Assembly: GCA_963820525.1 (NCBI GenBank)
Contig: CAWGAA010000003.1
Span: 320,001-384,000, forward strand
Length of the DNA stretch: 64,000 nt
Direction of reading: 5' to 3'
Origin: an uncultured Spirochaetota bacterium
Lineage (GTDB): Bacteria; Spirochaetota; Spirochaetia; SZUA-6; Fen-1364
Each line of letters begins with the position of its first letter. Positions within the stretch are counted from its first letter, which is position 1. This document shows positions 11,120-20,363 of this stretch, piece after piece. The translations under genes and the position numbers were made by a program. The notes under the pieces are model-generated. The model ran no database searches. It saw only the letters and a program-made list of their open reading frames with translations, and had not been told where the DNA came from.

Positions 11120-12861
11120 CCCGCATTTCTCACAAATGGATATGAAAAAGCCTTTCGCTCTGGTATAATTGCTTTGCAACAAACAAAATAAACCAGAACA
11201 GAAAGGCTATACGATGCAAACAGACTGTACACCATCCCTGTTTAGCTTTCAAGACCTTGGCAAGAAAAAGGTAGTCGGAAACTTCGACGGAGGCGCGATC
11301 AGTTCCGATGCCGGCGCTCTCATTCTTCGAGAGGTCGAACGCGCCACAGGCATCATCAAAGCATTCGCGGGCTGTTTCACAGACTATCGAGAGAAAGGCT
11401 ATATCGAGCATTCCATCGAGCAATTGATAAGCCAAAGGGTATTCGGCATTTGCCTGGGATACGAAGACCTCAACGATCACGACCAGCTGCGCAAAGATCC
11501 CGTTCTGGCTGCCGTTTGCGGGAAACTCGATGTCAACGGGGAAACGAGGAGGCAGAAACGGGACAGAGGCAAAGCCCTTGCCGGAAAAAGCACGCTGAAT
11601 CGGCTTGAGACCGCCGGCGGGGCAAGCCTCTCTACGCATCGATACAAGAAAATCACGGTGAACGAAACAATGGTTGGGATGTTCCTGGTGAACACATTCC
11701 TGGCCAGTTATGAGCAAGCTCCTGAAGAAATCGTGTTGGATCTGGATGCAACCGACGACCCTCTGCACGGCAATCAAGAGGGCAGGTTCTTTCATGGCTA
11801 TTATGATTGTTATTGCTACCTGCCGTTGTACATCTTCTGCGGGGATCATCTTTTATGTGCGAAGCTACGTCCCTCCAATATAGACGCATGTTCGGGTGCC
11901 GAGAAGGAGTTGGCGAGGATCGTTGCGCAGATCCGTGAGCGATGGCCGCAGGTACGTATTGTTGTGCGGGCCGACAGCGGGTTCTGCCGGGAAGCGATCA
12001 TGGTGTGGTGCGAGTCCAACGACGTGGATTTCCTGTTCGGAATCGCGAAAAACGCACGCCTCTTACGCAAGATCCGCAAGGAGCTTTCAGAAGCCCGTAG
12101 GCAGTATCTGTCCACTGGTGAGCCGTCGCGAAAGTACGCGGAGCTGATCTATCGGACGAAAAAGACATGGTCGAAAAGCAGACGTGTTGTCGCCAAGGCG
12201 GAGTATCTGCGCAAGGGAGAGAACCCTCGGTTTGTGGTGACTTCACTTATGCAGGACCGCTTCCCTGGCCAGCAGCTGTACGAGCAGCTCTATTGTGCTC
12301 GCGGAGACATGGAGAATCGTATCAAAGAACAGCAGCTTTACCTTTTTGCAGATCGAACCAGTTCCGCCACGATGAGGGCGAATCAGCTTCGGTTGTGGTT
12401 CTCCTCTGCGGCCTACGTAATCATGAGTGCCCTCAGAAGGACCGCTTTGAAGGGGACAGAGCTGGCCTCGGCACAGTGCGACACGATTCGTTTGAAGCTA
12501 TTGAAGATTGGCGCACAGGTGCGCGTCAGTGTGCGCCGGATCTATGTGAGCTTCGCAAGCGGTTATCCATATCAAGAGCTTTTCCGTCAGGTGATTCTGA
12601 GTATTCACGAACTCTCCCTTCAATCGGGTTAGCGTGTATTGAGCCTTGTCTTGAGTAGTTTATTGGGAGAAGACTGTCCTGAAGTCGCCGAATCTTCCCT
12701 TATGAGCTGTAAAGTGCGCTCAATCGGGCGATTGGACTGACTCGGGTCACGAAATCGATCTACGTGTAGGGGCTGACAGCAAGGAATAGACCGTTTTTCA
12801 AAGTTGAGCCCCGCCTCATGATGATCAGACTGCGCAGAGTGCCGTTTGTGAGAAATGCGGG
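11120..12861 (+). mobile_element. IS1380 family element (1742 bp)
   Basis: Perfect 17-bp TIR CCCGCATTTCTCACAAA; TTAG duplicated at 11116-11119 and 12862-12865. Confidence 0.95.
11214..12632 (+). CDS. IS1380 transposase, intact
   Basis: FDGGAISSDAG, LDLDATDDPLHG, RADSGF, RGDMENRIKE motifs. Confidence 0.95.
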   Translation: MQTDCTPSLFSFQDLGKKKVVGNFDGGAISSDAGALILREVERATGIIKAFAGCFTDYREKGYIEHSIEQLISQRVFGICLGYEDLNDHDQLRKDPVLAAVCGKLDVNGETRRQKRDRGKALAGKSTLNRLETAGGASLSTHRYKKITVNETMVGMFLVNTFLASYEQAPEEIVLDLDATDDPLHGNQEGRFFHGYYDCYCYLPLYIFCGDHLLCAKLRPSNIDACSGAEKELARIVAQIRERWPQVRIVVRADSGFCREAIMVWCESNDVDFLFGIAKNARLLRKIRKELSEARRQYLSTGEPSRKYAELIYRTKKTWSKSRRVVAKAEYLRKGENPRFVVTSLMQDRFPGQQLYEQLYCARGDMENRIKEQQLYLFADRTSSATMRANQLRLWFSSAAYVIMSALRRTALKGTELASAQCDTIRLKLLKIGAQVRVSVRRIYVSFASGYPYQELFRQVILSIHELSLQSG

Positions 12862-13583
12862 TTAGAGCCTATAAGTTTTTTATCTACCACAACTACCGAC
12901 GCACAAGGTCCATCGCCCGGATCCTCACGCGGATTTATTCCTACGATCAGCTGCTGAGCAGCGAGGTGCAGCTGGTGTTGGCAGGGGAAGCGCAGATGGT
13001 CGCCCATATCCTGCAGGTTCTCAACGAGCGGCTGAAGCAGCTGGAGGCACGCATGAAGGAGATCATGCTCACACATCCGTTGGGACCCGTATTCGATTCC
13101 ATTCCCGGAGCGGGTAAGGTACTGGCGGGAAAGCTCATGGCACTTTTTGGGGATGACAAAGATCGGTTTGTCAAGGCAGGGGAGATCCAGGCGTTGTTCG
13201 GCACCGCACCGGTGAACTTCCAGACCGGCAATTACCACAAGGTGCATATGCGCAGAGGATGCAATCGAGAAGCGCGGGCCACGTTGTATTATTTCTCTTT
13301 CTGTTCGATGCGCTACTGCAGCTGGGCGCGAGCCTACTATGACCGACAAAGAGCGCATGGGAAAACACATGCGGTATCTGTTCGGGCACTTTCAAACAAG
13401 TGGATCAAGATCCTGTTCCAGTTGTGGAAACACGAACTGGAGTTCCCCCGATTTCGTGGACACCCTGAATTGCACCTGCGTCTCGGTTTCGGGGGGGGTA
13501 TCCAAACACCACCTGCCTTCCGAAAACGCAACCACGGCCCTCTACGCGCAAGGCTTTTTCCTCACTCTGGCTTGGATCGTCAA

Positions 13584-14453
13584 TCATGCCGTCTTCCGCT
13601 CCTCGAGCTCCTCATATTCGGTCGGTGTGAGGTAGCCGAGGTACGAGTGAAGCCGCTTGCGATTATAGAAGATCTCCACGTATTCGAATATTGCTCTCCT
13701 GGCCTCCTCTCTGCTTCGGTAGATCTTGTCCCGAATCAACTCTGCTCTCAAGGTCTTGAAAAACGTCTCCGCGCACGCGTTGTCCCAACAGTCGCCCTTA
13801 CGGCTCATGCTTTGAATGAATCCGTGCCCTTTGGCAAACTTTTCAAACTGACCGCTGGTATACTGCACACCGCGATCGGAATGAAACATCAGTCCCCGCG
13901 ACGGGCGGCGACGAATCGCGGCCATGACTACCGCCGCCAGCACCAGCTCGGCGCTCAGCTCGCAGCTCAGCGACCAGCCCACCACTCGACGGGAGTACAG
14001 GTCCAGCACGATACAGAGATACATCCACCCTTCGGCTGTCGCAACGTAGGTTATGTCGGACACCCACACGCGATTCGCCGCGGAGGCTTCGAAGTTCCTG
14101 TTCACTATGTTTTCGGCCACTTCCTGGCCGTCTTTCGAGTGCGTGGTCACTACAAACCGCCTCTTCGGCTGCGGCCCAAGGGCATTCTCTCTCATGATTC
14201 GGGCAACTCGGTTCTTCCCCACATGCCGCCCACGCCTCAGCAGTTCTTCCCGCATGCGCGGGCTTCCGTAGCTGTGACGCACCTCGCCCTGGATCTTCCG
14301 GATCTGCTCGACCAGCTCCTTCTCCTCAACTGCTCGTGCACTCTCTCCACCGTCGAGCCAGGCATAGTACCCACTGCGCGCTACTCCCAATACTTCCGCC
14401 ATCTTCTCCACGCCGTGGGTTCCCCGCTGTTTACTCATGATCTGGTACTTCAT
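13584..14453 (-). CDS. IS3 transposase OrfB (DDE)
   Basis: WVSDITY, HSDRGVQY, DNACAETFF, YNRKRLHSYLGY. Confidence 0.93.
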   Translation of the reverse strand: MKYQIMSKQRGTHGVEKMAEVLGVARSGYYAWLDGGESARAVEEKELVEQIRKIQGEVRHSYGSPRMREELLRRGRHVGKNRVARIMRENALGPQPKRRFVVTTHSKDGQEVAENIVNRNFEASAANRVWVSDITYVATAEGWMYLCIVLDLYSRRVVGWSLSCELSAELVLAAVVMAAIRRRPSRGLMFHSDRGVQYTSGQFEKFAKGHGFIQSMSRKGDCWDNACAETFFKTLRAELIRDKIYRSREEARRAIFEYVEIFYNRKRLHSYLGYLTPTEYEELEERKTA

Positions 14454-14740
14454 CTCGGGGGTCTGGAGAAGATGGCTGTTGCTTTTCTTAGGATGTCCCG
14501 TTCCTCACGCAACTCCTTGACCTCTTTGCGCAAGGCCGCCAATTCCTCGTCACGGGACCTGCCGTTGCCTGGGAAAGCTCGTGTCCCGTCCTCACTGAAT
14601 TGCTTCCTCCAGCGGTAGATCTGTCCGCTGCCGATTCCCAGATCCCGTTCAATCTCATGTCCCGGCTTTGTCCCTGACTCCAGGAGCCGGATAGCATCGA
14701 GCTTGAACTCTTTGGTGTATTTCTTCCTCGTATCTGCCAT
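14450..14740 (-). CDS. IS3 transposase OrfA (HTH)
   Basis: RKKYTKEFKLDAI..ERDILRKA; ATGA overlap with orfB. Confidence 0.92.
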   Translation of the reverse strand: MADTRKKYTKEFKLDAIRLLESGTKPGHEIERDLGIGSGQIYRWRKQFSEDGTRAFPGNGRSRDEELAALRKEVKELREERDILRKATAIFSRPPR

Positions 14741-15936
14741 TATCTTTCCTTACCCCTCTAAAATACTGCTTAACCATGTGTCTATGAAATCGGGGTAGGT
14801 CCAAACAGCCCTACGATGAAAAGAGGTGCAATGCCGAAATCTCAATGAACGTTGCTTGACATAGTGGGCGTGCTCCCAGAAGCGCACCCTCCTGTTCGCC
14901 GAATACCTCGACCAGCAGCTCCTGCTCACCCTTCCCCATCGACAATTCGTGTTCTCTATCCCAAAGGCGCTCCGCGTTTTCTTCCGCCATGACCAGCGTC
15001 TGTTCTCCGATGTCTCATCTCTCATCTTTGCCCTGATCTCGGAGTTCTACCGGGCATCGGCAAGATCAACCATAAGGAGCGCGGCGGTCGTGGCTTTTCA
15101 ACCCTTCGGGGACATGCTGCGAGCCAACTCCCATTGGCATGCCCTGATTCTGGAAGGAGGGTTCGCCCCTGAGGGGCAGTTCGTATTCCTCCCAATCCAT
15201 AATACACAGAAACTCACCGAGTGCTTCCGCCGACGGGCCATCGCGATGTTCCTCGACAAGGGTCTCATCGCCGAAAGCTTCGCAGAAATGCTTTTACGCT
15301 GGAAACACTCCGGCTTCAGTGTGGACAACACTGTTCGGATTGCAGGCGACGATCACAAAGCACGAGTTTCGCTGGCGCAGTATATCGCCCGTGCCCCTCT
15401 GTCCCTGGAGAAGCTGCGCTATGATCCCCTCGGCGAGAAGGCCGTCTACCACTCCACCTTTAACCCCTACCTCGGAGAGAACTTAAAGGTCTGGGATGCG
15501 CTGGACTTTCTCGCCCTTGCAACCTCTTTCATTCCGCCCCATGGCGTGCGTCTCATCCGCTACTTCGGATTGTATTCCTCGCGCAGTCGCTGGAAATGGC
15601 CCCTCTGGAAACACGTGGCAGCTCATGCTCCACGGGGATGGAAGAAGATTCACGAACGAGACAGCGCGGAGCCAGAACCCAAGGCGCCCACTTGCACCCT
15701 CCGTGAATCTGCCTCACGTTCCGCATGGGCGCGACTGATAGCCAAAGTATACGAGGTCGATCCTCTGGTCTGTGCTTGGTGCGGATCGCAGATGCGGGTA
15801 CTCGCCGTGATCACCCATGCGGCGGAGGTGAAGAAGATCCTGCGCCATTTGATTAAGATTGGCCGCCCTCCGCCCGGCCTGGACCCCTCGGCGTTGAACT
15901 GATTCTTCGCAGCCCAACTCACATCGTCGGCCCTAG

Positions 15937-16170
15937 TACAAGGAGAGGGAGATCCTTGATCTCGGTCTTCAGTACGAGGCCGATTCGCTACTATCGAGAG
16001 TGTCTTTCACCTCGGGTGCCGCTGGATTTCCTGGGCGGGCTCGCGCTTTGCGCAGCCTACTTCGACTGCCGAATGTATTGCGTGCACCACAAGGGCATCG
16101 CAACCAGCAGGAATTCGACTTACTGGATCTAATGGGGAAAATGGAAAAACGTCGTTTTGCCTATCATCTA
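15937..16170 (+). repeat. 234-bp direct repeat (oriIS-side end), second copy 29489-29722
   Basis: Read by eye: identical except 2 substitutions. Confidence 0.95.
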
Positions 16171-16425
16171 GAGGTAGGGCCCTTAAGACCTCTCGATGAC
16201 CAGGGGAAAGGGGTAGTTGAACGCGAGATTATGCTGCGCTCCCCCGGGGATGTACTTCTTTGCCTCCTCGGTCTTCTGTCGGGATACGGGACATGTCTCG
16301 TTGAAGTACCTGAGATAGCACTCCATTGCGTCTTTCTTGATCCTCATTGGGGGGAGAGACATGAGCCTGTCGAGCTTTCTATAGATCTCTCGAGCATCCG
16401 GGTATTGAGAAATTCCGTAAGCCAT
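16171..16425 (-). pseudogene. 5' fragment of a class-III aminotransferase (GSA aminomutase-like), cut at the transposon end
   Basis: AKKYIPGGAQHN..FPLVIERS*GPYL runs to the junction at 16170; RBS GGAGG. Confidence 0.7.
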
Positions 16426-16590
16426 TAGCCTATCCTCCGTTCCGGCGAGGAAAGAGAGTGAGTAATCACTCACACAAGAGCGCAGCAGAACCCGGAGGAA
16501 GAATCAAGACCCCCCAACGCAGGATTTCCTCGATCGAGGGCAGCGCTTTCTGGTTGCTTAATATCAAATTATCCTTTTTTCACCTTCGAG

Positions 16591-16681
16591 TCTTATCGAA
16601 TCTTAGCAATTATATAGAAAATGCTATTGACTTTTACTGATTCATAGTCTAATATCGCGAATTTATGAGGATTCGATAAGA
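16591..16681 (+). promoter_or_regulatory. Sigma70 promoter of the sugar operon flanked by a 12-bp inverted repeat
   Basis: TTGACT(16627)-N17-TAATAT(16650); TCTTATCGAATC 16591-16602 and GATTCGATAAGA 16670-16681. Confidence 0.65.
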
Positions 16682-16744
16682 AAAAGTAAGCTCCGGAGAT
16701 CAGTACGCAGGTGCTGATAAAAAACCTATGAAGGAGGTAGAGAG

Positions 16745-17938
16745 ATGAAAAAGAGGATCTGGCTCGCATGCGCCGGCATTCTGCTGGTTTTCACATTCGT
16801 TCCTCTGGTATTTGCCGGAGGAAAGGTTGAGCCGGCACCGGTGACAGCCGAAAAGCGCTGGCAAAAGCCCATCGTGATAGGCTGGACGCCACCGGACATT
16901 ACCGGCGTCTTCAAGACTGCTACCGATTTCTTTGAAGCTTCCGCCAAGAATGGAAACGACCATGGTTTTAAGATCATGGTCATTTCGCAGTCCCCGGCAA
17001 CTCATATCGCCTTTGCCGACCAGGTAGCGATCATAGAAGACTACATCCAGCGGGGCGTCGATGTCATCGCAATTTCACCGATAGAGGTTGAGGTAGTCAA
17101 GCCGGCGATAGCCAAAGCCAATGCCAAGGGCATTCCCGTGATAATCGTCAATCTGCTGGAGCCCATCGCGGGAGTGAATGTTGCTTCGTACATAGGGTTT
17201 GACAATACCGTGGGAGGAGAAGTAAGCGCCTACGCGATGCTCGATTATTTTGGGGGCCCAGGCGTTTTGGGCGCCGGGAGGAAAGTGGATGCAGCCCGCG
17301 ATCAGTACCTGGATCTCGCCTTCTGGGAAAAGCTCTACAAAGACCTTTCCCCGGCGGAAAAGGCTGCCATCAAAGCCAGGGGGGCCATCATTGAGGGGGT
17401 TGCCGGTGGATTCTTCTCTACGGCGCGTCTGAACGGCTTCCATAAAGTGATTGACCAGTTCCCGGGAATCAAAATTGTAGGGGTTCCCTGTGCTGCGGAT
17501 TGGAACCGTGAGAAGGGCATCAAATGCACCGAAGACATACTTCAGGCCAATCCCACCGGTCTCGACTTCATCTGGGCCGCCTCTAATGAGATGGGCTTGG
17601 GAGCCATGTTGGCCAGTGAAGCGGCTGGGCGGCTGGAACTTGCCACGGAAGGTCCAGTTGTCGGGGATACGAAAGTGGCAGTATTCACCAACGATGTGAC
17701 GCCGGAGTCCGTGGCCCGCATTGGCGAGGGCAAGATCGTCGCCGAGACCACCCATGGTTTTGCCGATTGGGGTTGGTTCGGCACGGAGTTCGCCGTCCGG
17801 CTCGCCTGCGGGTTGGACGTCCCGAAGACATTCGATATCCGCCCGCGCACCGCGTACAAGACCAACGCGACGCTGTTCTATCCCAGTCCCGTTTTGCCCG
17901 CCATCGATTGGGACGGTATAAAGCAGAAGAGCAAATAG
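16745..17938 (+). CDS. Sugar ABC transporter substrate-binding protein (RbsB-like)
   Basis: Signal peptide ending VFAGG; GVDVIAISP, KGIPVIIVN, YIGFDN, RLNGF, ADWNRE, ASNEMGLGA. Confidence 0.9.
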   Translation: MKKRIWLACAGILLVFTFVPLVFAGGKVEPAPVTAEKRWQKPIVIGWTPPDITGVFKTATDFFEASAKNGNDHGFKIMVISQSPATHIAFADQVAIIEDYIQRGVDVIAISPIEVEVVKPAIAKANAKGIPVIIVNLLEPIAGVNVASYIGFDNTVGGEVSAYAMLDYFGGPGVLGAGRKVDAARDQYLDLAFWEKLYKDLSPAEKAAIKARGAIIEGVAGGFFSTARLNGFHKVIDQFPGIKIVGVPCAADWNREKGIKCTEDILQANPTGLDFIWAASNEMGLGAMLASEAAGRLELATEGPVVGDTKVAVFTNDVTPESVARIGEGKIVAETTHGFADWGWFGTEFAVRLACGLDVPKTFDIRPRTAYKTNATLFYPSPVLPAIDWDGIKQKSK

Positions 17939-18067
17939 CGTTCGTTGAACGCGCCTGTGGTGAGCTTGGGAGTCCCTGCGGCTCCCAAGCCTTTCCATCC
18001 ATGGTTTTCTTGGGATGATGCTCTCTTTTCTGTTACGATGGAAGATTGAGGCATGAAGGGGACAGCC

Positions 18068-18829
18068 ATGAGGTTCAAGGGGAAGGTGGCCATCATAACG
18101 GGTGCTGCGTCGGGAATCGGACGGGCGACCGCGCTGGGTTTCGCCCGGGAGGGCGCCGCGGTGGGCATTGTCGACAAGGATAGCGCCGCGGGAGAGCAGG
18201 TCGCAAAGGAAATACGACAGCAGGACGGCGACGCCGAAGCGTACGGGACGGACGTTTCCCGGGAGCCGGAGGTGAAGGCTTTCATCGAGGCGGTCCTGAC
18301 CCGCTGGGGACACCTGGACGTGCTCGTGAACAATGCCGGCATCTACTATCAGGCTGATGCAGTCGACACCCCGGAGGCGGCGTGGAGCCGCGTCATGGCG
18401 GTAAACCTGACGGGCCCCTTCCTCTGCATCAAGTATGCCGTACCGGCCATGGAGAGGGGAAAGGGGGGCGCGATCGTGAACGTGTCCTCCGAGGCCGGGC
18501 TCGTGGGGATCAGAAACCAGGTGGCCTACAACGTGTCCAAAGGCGGTTTGATCTCTTTGACCAGGAGCTGCGCCGTGGACCTCGCTCCCCGAGGGATACG
18601 CGTGAATTGCGTCTGTCCGGGCACTACCGACACGCCCCTCGTGCAGGCGGCTGTCGGCAGGGCGCGGGATCCCCAAGCGGCCCGCCGCGCTCTGGAAGAG
18701 GTCCGCCCCGCGAACCGCCTGGGTACACCGGAAGAAATCGCCTCGGCAATACTCTACCTGGCCGGCGAGAGCGCCGGGTACGCCACGGGTGCCGTCTTGA
18801 GCGTGGACGGCGGCTACACCGCGCAATAG
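18068..18829 (+). CDS. SDR family oxidoreductase
   Basis: TGAASGIG, NNAG, YNVSK. Confidence 0.92.
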   Translation: MRFKGKVAIITGAASGIGRATALGFAREGAAVGIVDKDSAAGEQVAKEIRQQDGDAEAYGTDVSREPEVKAFIEAVLTRWGHLDVLVNNAGIYYQADAVDTPEAAWSRVMAVNLTGPFLCIKYAVPAMERGKGGAIVNVSSEAGLVGIRNQVAYNVSKGGLISLTRSCAVDLAPRGIRVNCVCPGTTDTPLVQAAVGRARDPQAARRALEEVRPANRLGTPEEIASAILYLAGESAGYATGAVLSVDGGYTAQ

Positions 18830-18864
18830 CGGCCGCGTGGAACACGCCGGAAGGAAGAAGCGCG

Positions 18865-20349
18865 ATGGAAGCCAATCAGCCGATCCTGCGCATGGTACAG
18901 ATCGACAAGAAGTTCCCGGGAGTCCACGCCCTCGATCACGTCGATTTCGATCTGGAGGAGGGGGAGGTGCACGTCCTCCTGGGGGAGAACGGCGCAGGCA
19001 AGTCCACGCTCATGAAGGTGCTGAGCGGCTCGATCCAGAGCGACAGCGGGCAGATCTTCATCCGGGGAAAGGAGGTCCACAACCTCGACCCGGAGCGCGC
19101 CCTAGATCTGGGAATCGGCATGGTGTACCAGGACTTGAGTCTTGTGCCGGCCCTCAGCGTGGCGGAGAACATATTCCTCGGCAAGCCCCATCGTACCGGG
19201 CTCGGGGCCGTCGACTGGCGGCGGATCTACAGGGAGGCCGAGAAGAGCCTGTCGAATCTTGGGGTGAGCATTGATCCGAAGAAAGAAGTCCGCAGGCTTG
19301 ACGTGGCGGAGCAGCAGCTCACCGAAATCGCTCGGGTGCTGACGGCGCAACCGAAAATCGTGCTGCTCGACGAGCCGACCTCGGCTCTCTCCGACGCGGA
19401 ACGGGAGCGGCTCTTTGCCTGCATCCGGCGTCTGCGGGAGCGCGGCGTGGGCATCGTGTACATCTCCCACCGCCTGGCCGAGGTCCCCCTGATCGGCCAG
19501 CGCGTCACTGTCATGCGGGACGGCAGAGTCATCAGGAGCCTGCCCGTGGAGCAGACCGACGAGCCCACCCTTGTTGACATGATGGTGGGGCGCCGTCTCA
19601 CCGAGCAGTACCCCAAGGAAGCACAAGAGCCCGGAAAGTGCGTGCTTCGCGTCGAGGATCTTTCTTTGAAGGGGAGCCTGCGCACTATCTCCTTCGAAGT
19701 GCGCGCGGGGGAGATCCTGGGGATCTTCGGGTTAATGGGTGCCGGTCAACCGGAGCTGACCCGCGCCATTTTTGGATTGGACAGGATCAGTGCGGGGCGC
19801 ATCTGGATAGAGGAGCAGGAAGTGCACATCCACAGCGCGACAGATGCGATTCGCCACGGGATCGGTTTGTTGACGCGGGATAGACGGCAGAGCCTGGTGC
19901 CGGCCCTGCCGATACCCCCCAATGTCACGCTTGCGAACGTCAGCACGCGCGGGATGCACGAATCCCTCAGGCTCAGATCGGAAATGAGGACGGCCTCGGA
20001 ATATGTCAAGAGCCTGCGTATACAGCCCCCTCGTCTGGACCGGGCCGTGATGTTCCTTAGCGGAGGCAACCAGCAGAAAGTCGTCCTGGCACGGTGGTTG
20101 TGCTGCAAGGCGAAGATACTGATTTTCGACGAGCCGACGCGCGGTATCGATGTCGGAGCCAAGGCGGAAGTATTCACTCTCATGAACCAGCTGACGAAGA
20201 GCAAAGTGGCGATCGTGATGATCTCCTCCGAAATGCCCGAGATACTCGCGATGGCCGACAGGATTCTCGTCATGCGCGGGGGCCATTTCACTGCGGAGTT
20301 CAAGGCCGGCGAGGCCACGCAGGAAAAGCTTCTCAGATGCGCAAGCTGA
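18865..20349 (+). CDS. Sugar ABC transporter ATP-binding protein (RbsA-like)
   Basis: GENGAGKST, LLDEPT, LSGGNQQK, DEPTRGIDVGAK. Confidence 0.93.
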   Translation: MEANQPILRMVQIDKKFPGVHALDHVDFDLEEGEVHVLLGENGAGKSTLMKVLSGSIQSDSGQIFIRGKEVHNLDPERALDLGIGMVYQDLSLVPALSVAENIFLGKPHRTGLGAVDWRRIYREAEKSLSNLGVSIDPKKEVRRLDVAEQQLTEIARVLTAQPKIVLLDEPTSALSDAERERLFACIRRLRERGVGIVYISHRLAEVPLIGQRVTVMRDGRVIRSLPVEQTDEPTLVDMMVGRRLTEQYPKEAQEPGKCVLRVEDLSLKGSLRTISFEVRAGEILGIFGLMGAGQPELTRAIFGLDRISAGRIWIEEQEVHIHSATDAIRHGIGLLTRDRRQSLVPALPIPPNVTLANVSTRGMHESLRLRSEMRTASEYVKSLRIQPPRLDRAVMFLSGGNQQKVVLARWLCCKAKILIFDEPTRGIDVGAKAEVFTLMNQLTKSKVAIVMISSEMPEILAMADRILVMRGGHFTAEFKAGEATQEKLLRCAS

Positions 20350-20363
20350 TGAGGGAGGAGCCC

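Larger units (their letters stand above)
10228..12870 (+). mobile_element. IS5 family element (~0.9 kb); right TIR split by IS1380
   Basis: TIR AGGCTCTAACATAA / TTATGTTAG..AGCCT; ATAAG duplicated at 10223-10227 and 12871-12875. Confidence 0.9.
13438..14803 (-). mobile_element. IS3 family element (1366 bp)
   Basis: TG..CA imperfect ~26-bp TIRs; AAC duplicated at 13435-13437 and 14804-14806. Confidence 0.95.
9646..14859 (+). pseudogene. IS110 recombinase in three pieces (9646-10227, 12876-13437, 14807-14859; 398 aa when joined)
   Basis: FVGIDMG, CCEG, KHDALDA (DEDD); SIPGAG; GTAPVNFQTG; WKHEQPYDEK restored after removing IS5 and IS3. Confidence 0.92.
9457..14870 (+). mobile_element. IS110 family element (about 1.4 kb without its nested ISs)
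   Basis: No TIRs or TSD; ~190-bp non-coding left end; very short right end with TTGACA overlapping the stop codon. Confidence 0.88.
9156..15902 (+). pseudogene. IS91/ISCR family transposase split by IS110 (join 9156-9457 + 14870-15902 = 444 aa)
   Basis: Joining restores FYLCPS|CSQKRTLLFAE in frame. HUH motif SHWHAL, SGFSVD, single catalytic Tyr in SLAQYIAR, RYFGLYS. Confidence 0.9.
8883..16170 (+). mobile_element. IS91/ISCR-like rolling-circle transposon with nested insertions
   Basis: Zn-binding plus HUH transposase. Ends defined by the matching segments in the mini-copy at 29447-29722. Right end GTTTTGCCTATCATCTA is oriIS-like. Left boundary approximate. Confidence 0.8.

Noticed and set aside
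12855..14618. 587-aa plus-strand ORF
   Set aside because: Chimera of the IS110 middle fragment reading into the antisense strand of IS3.
14856..14870. Strong IS110 circle-junction promoter
   Set aside because: TTGACA is present, but the hexamer 17 bp on in the predicted junction is TAACCA, a weak -10. Not called as a feature.
8818..16170. Group I/II intron or R2-like retroelement in 23S
   Set aside because: No reverse transcriptase or homing endonuclease, and the 23S does not resume directly at the far end of the element.
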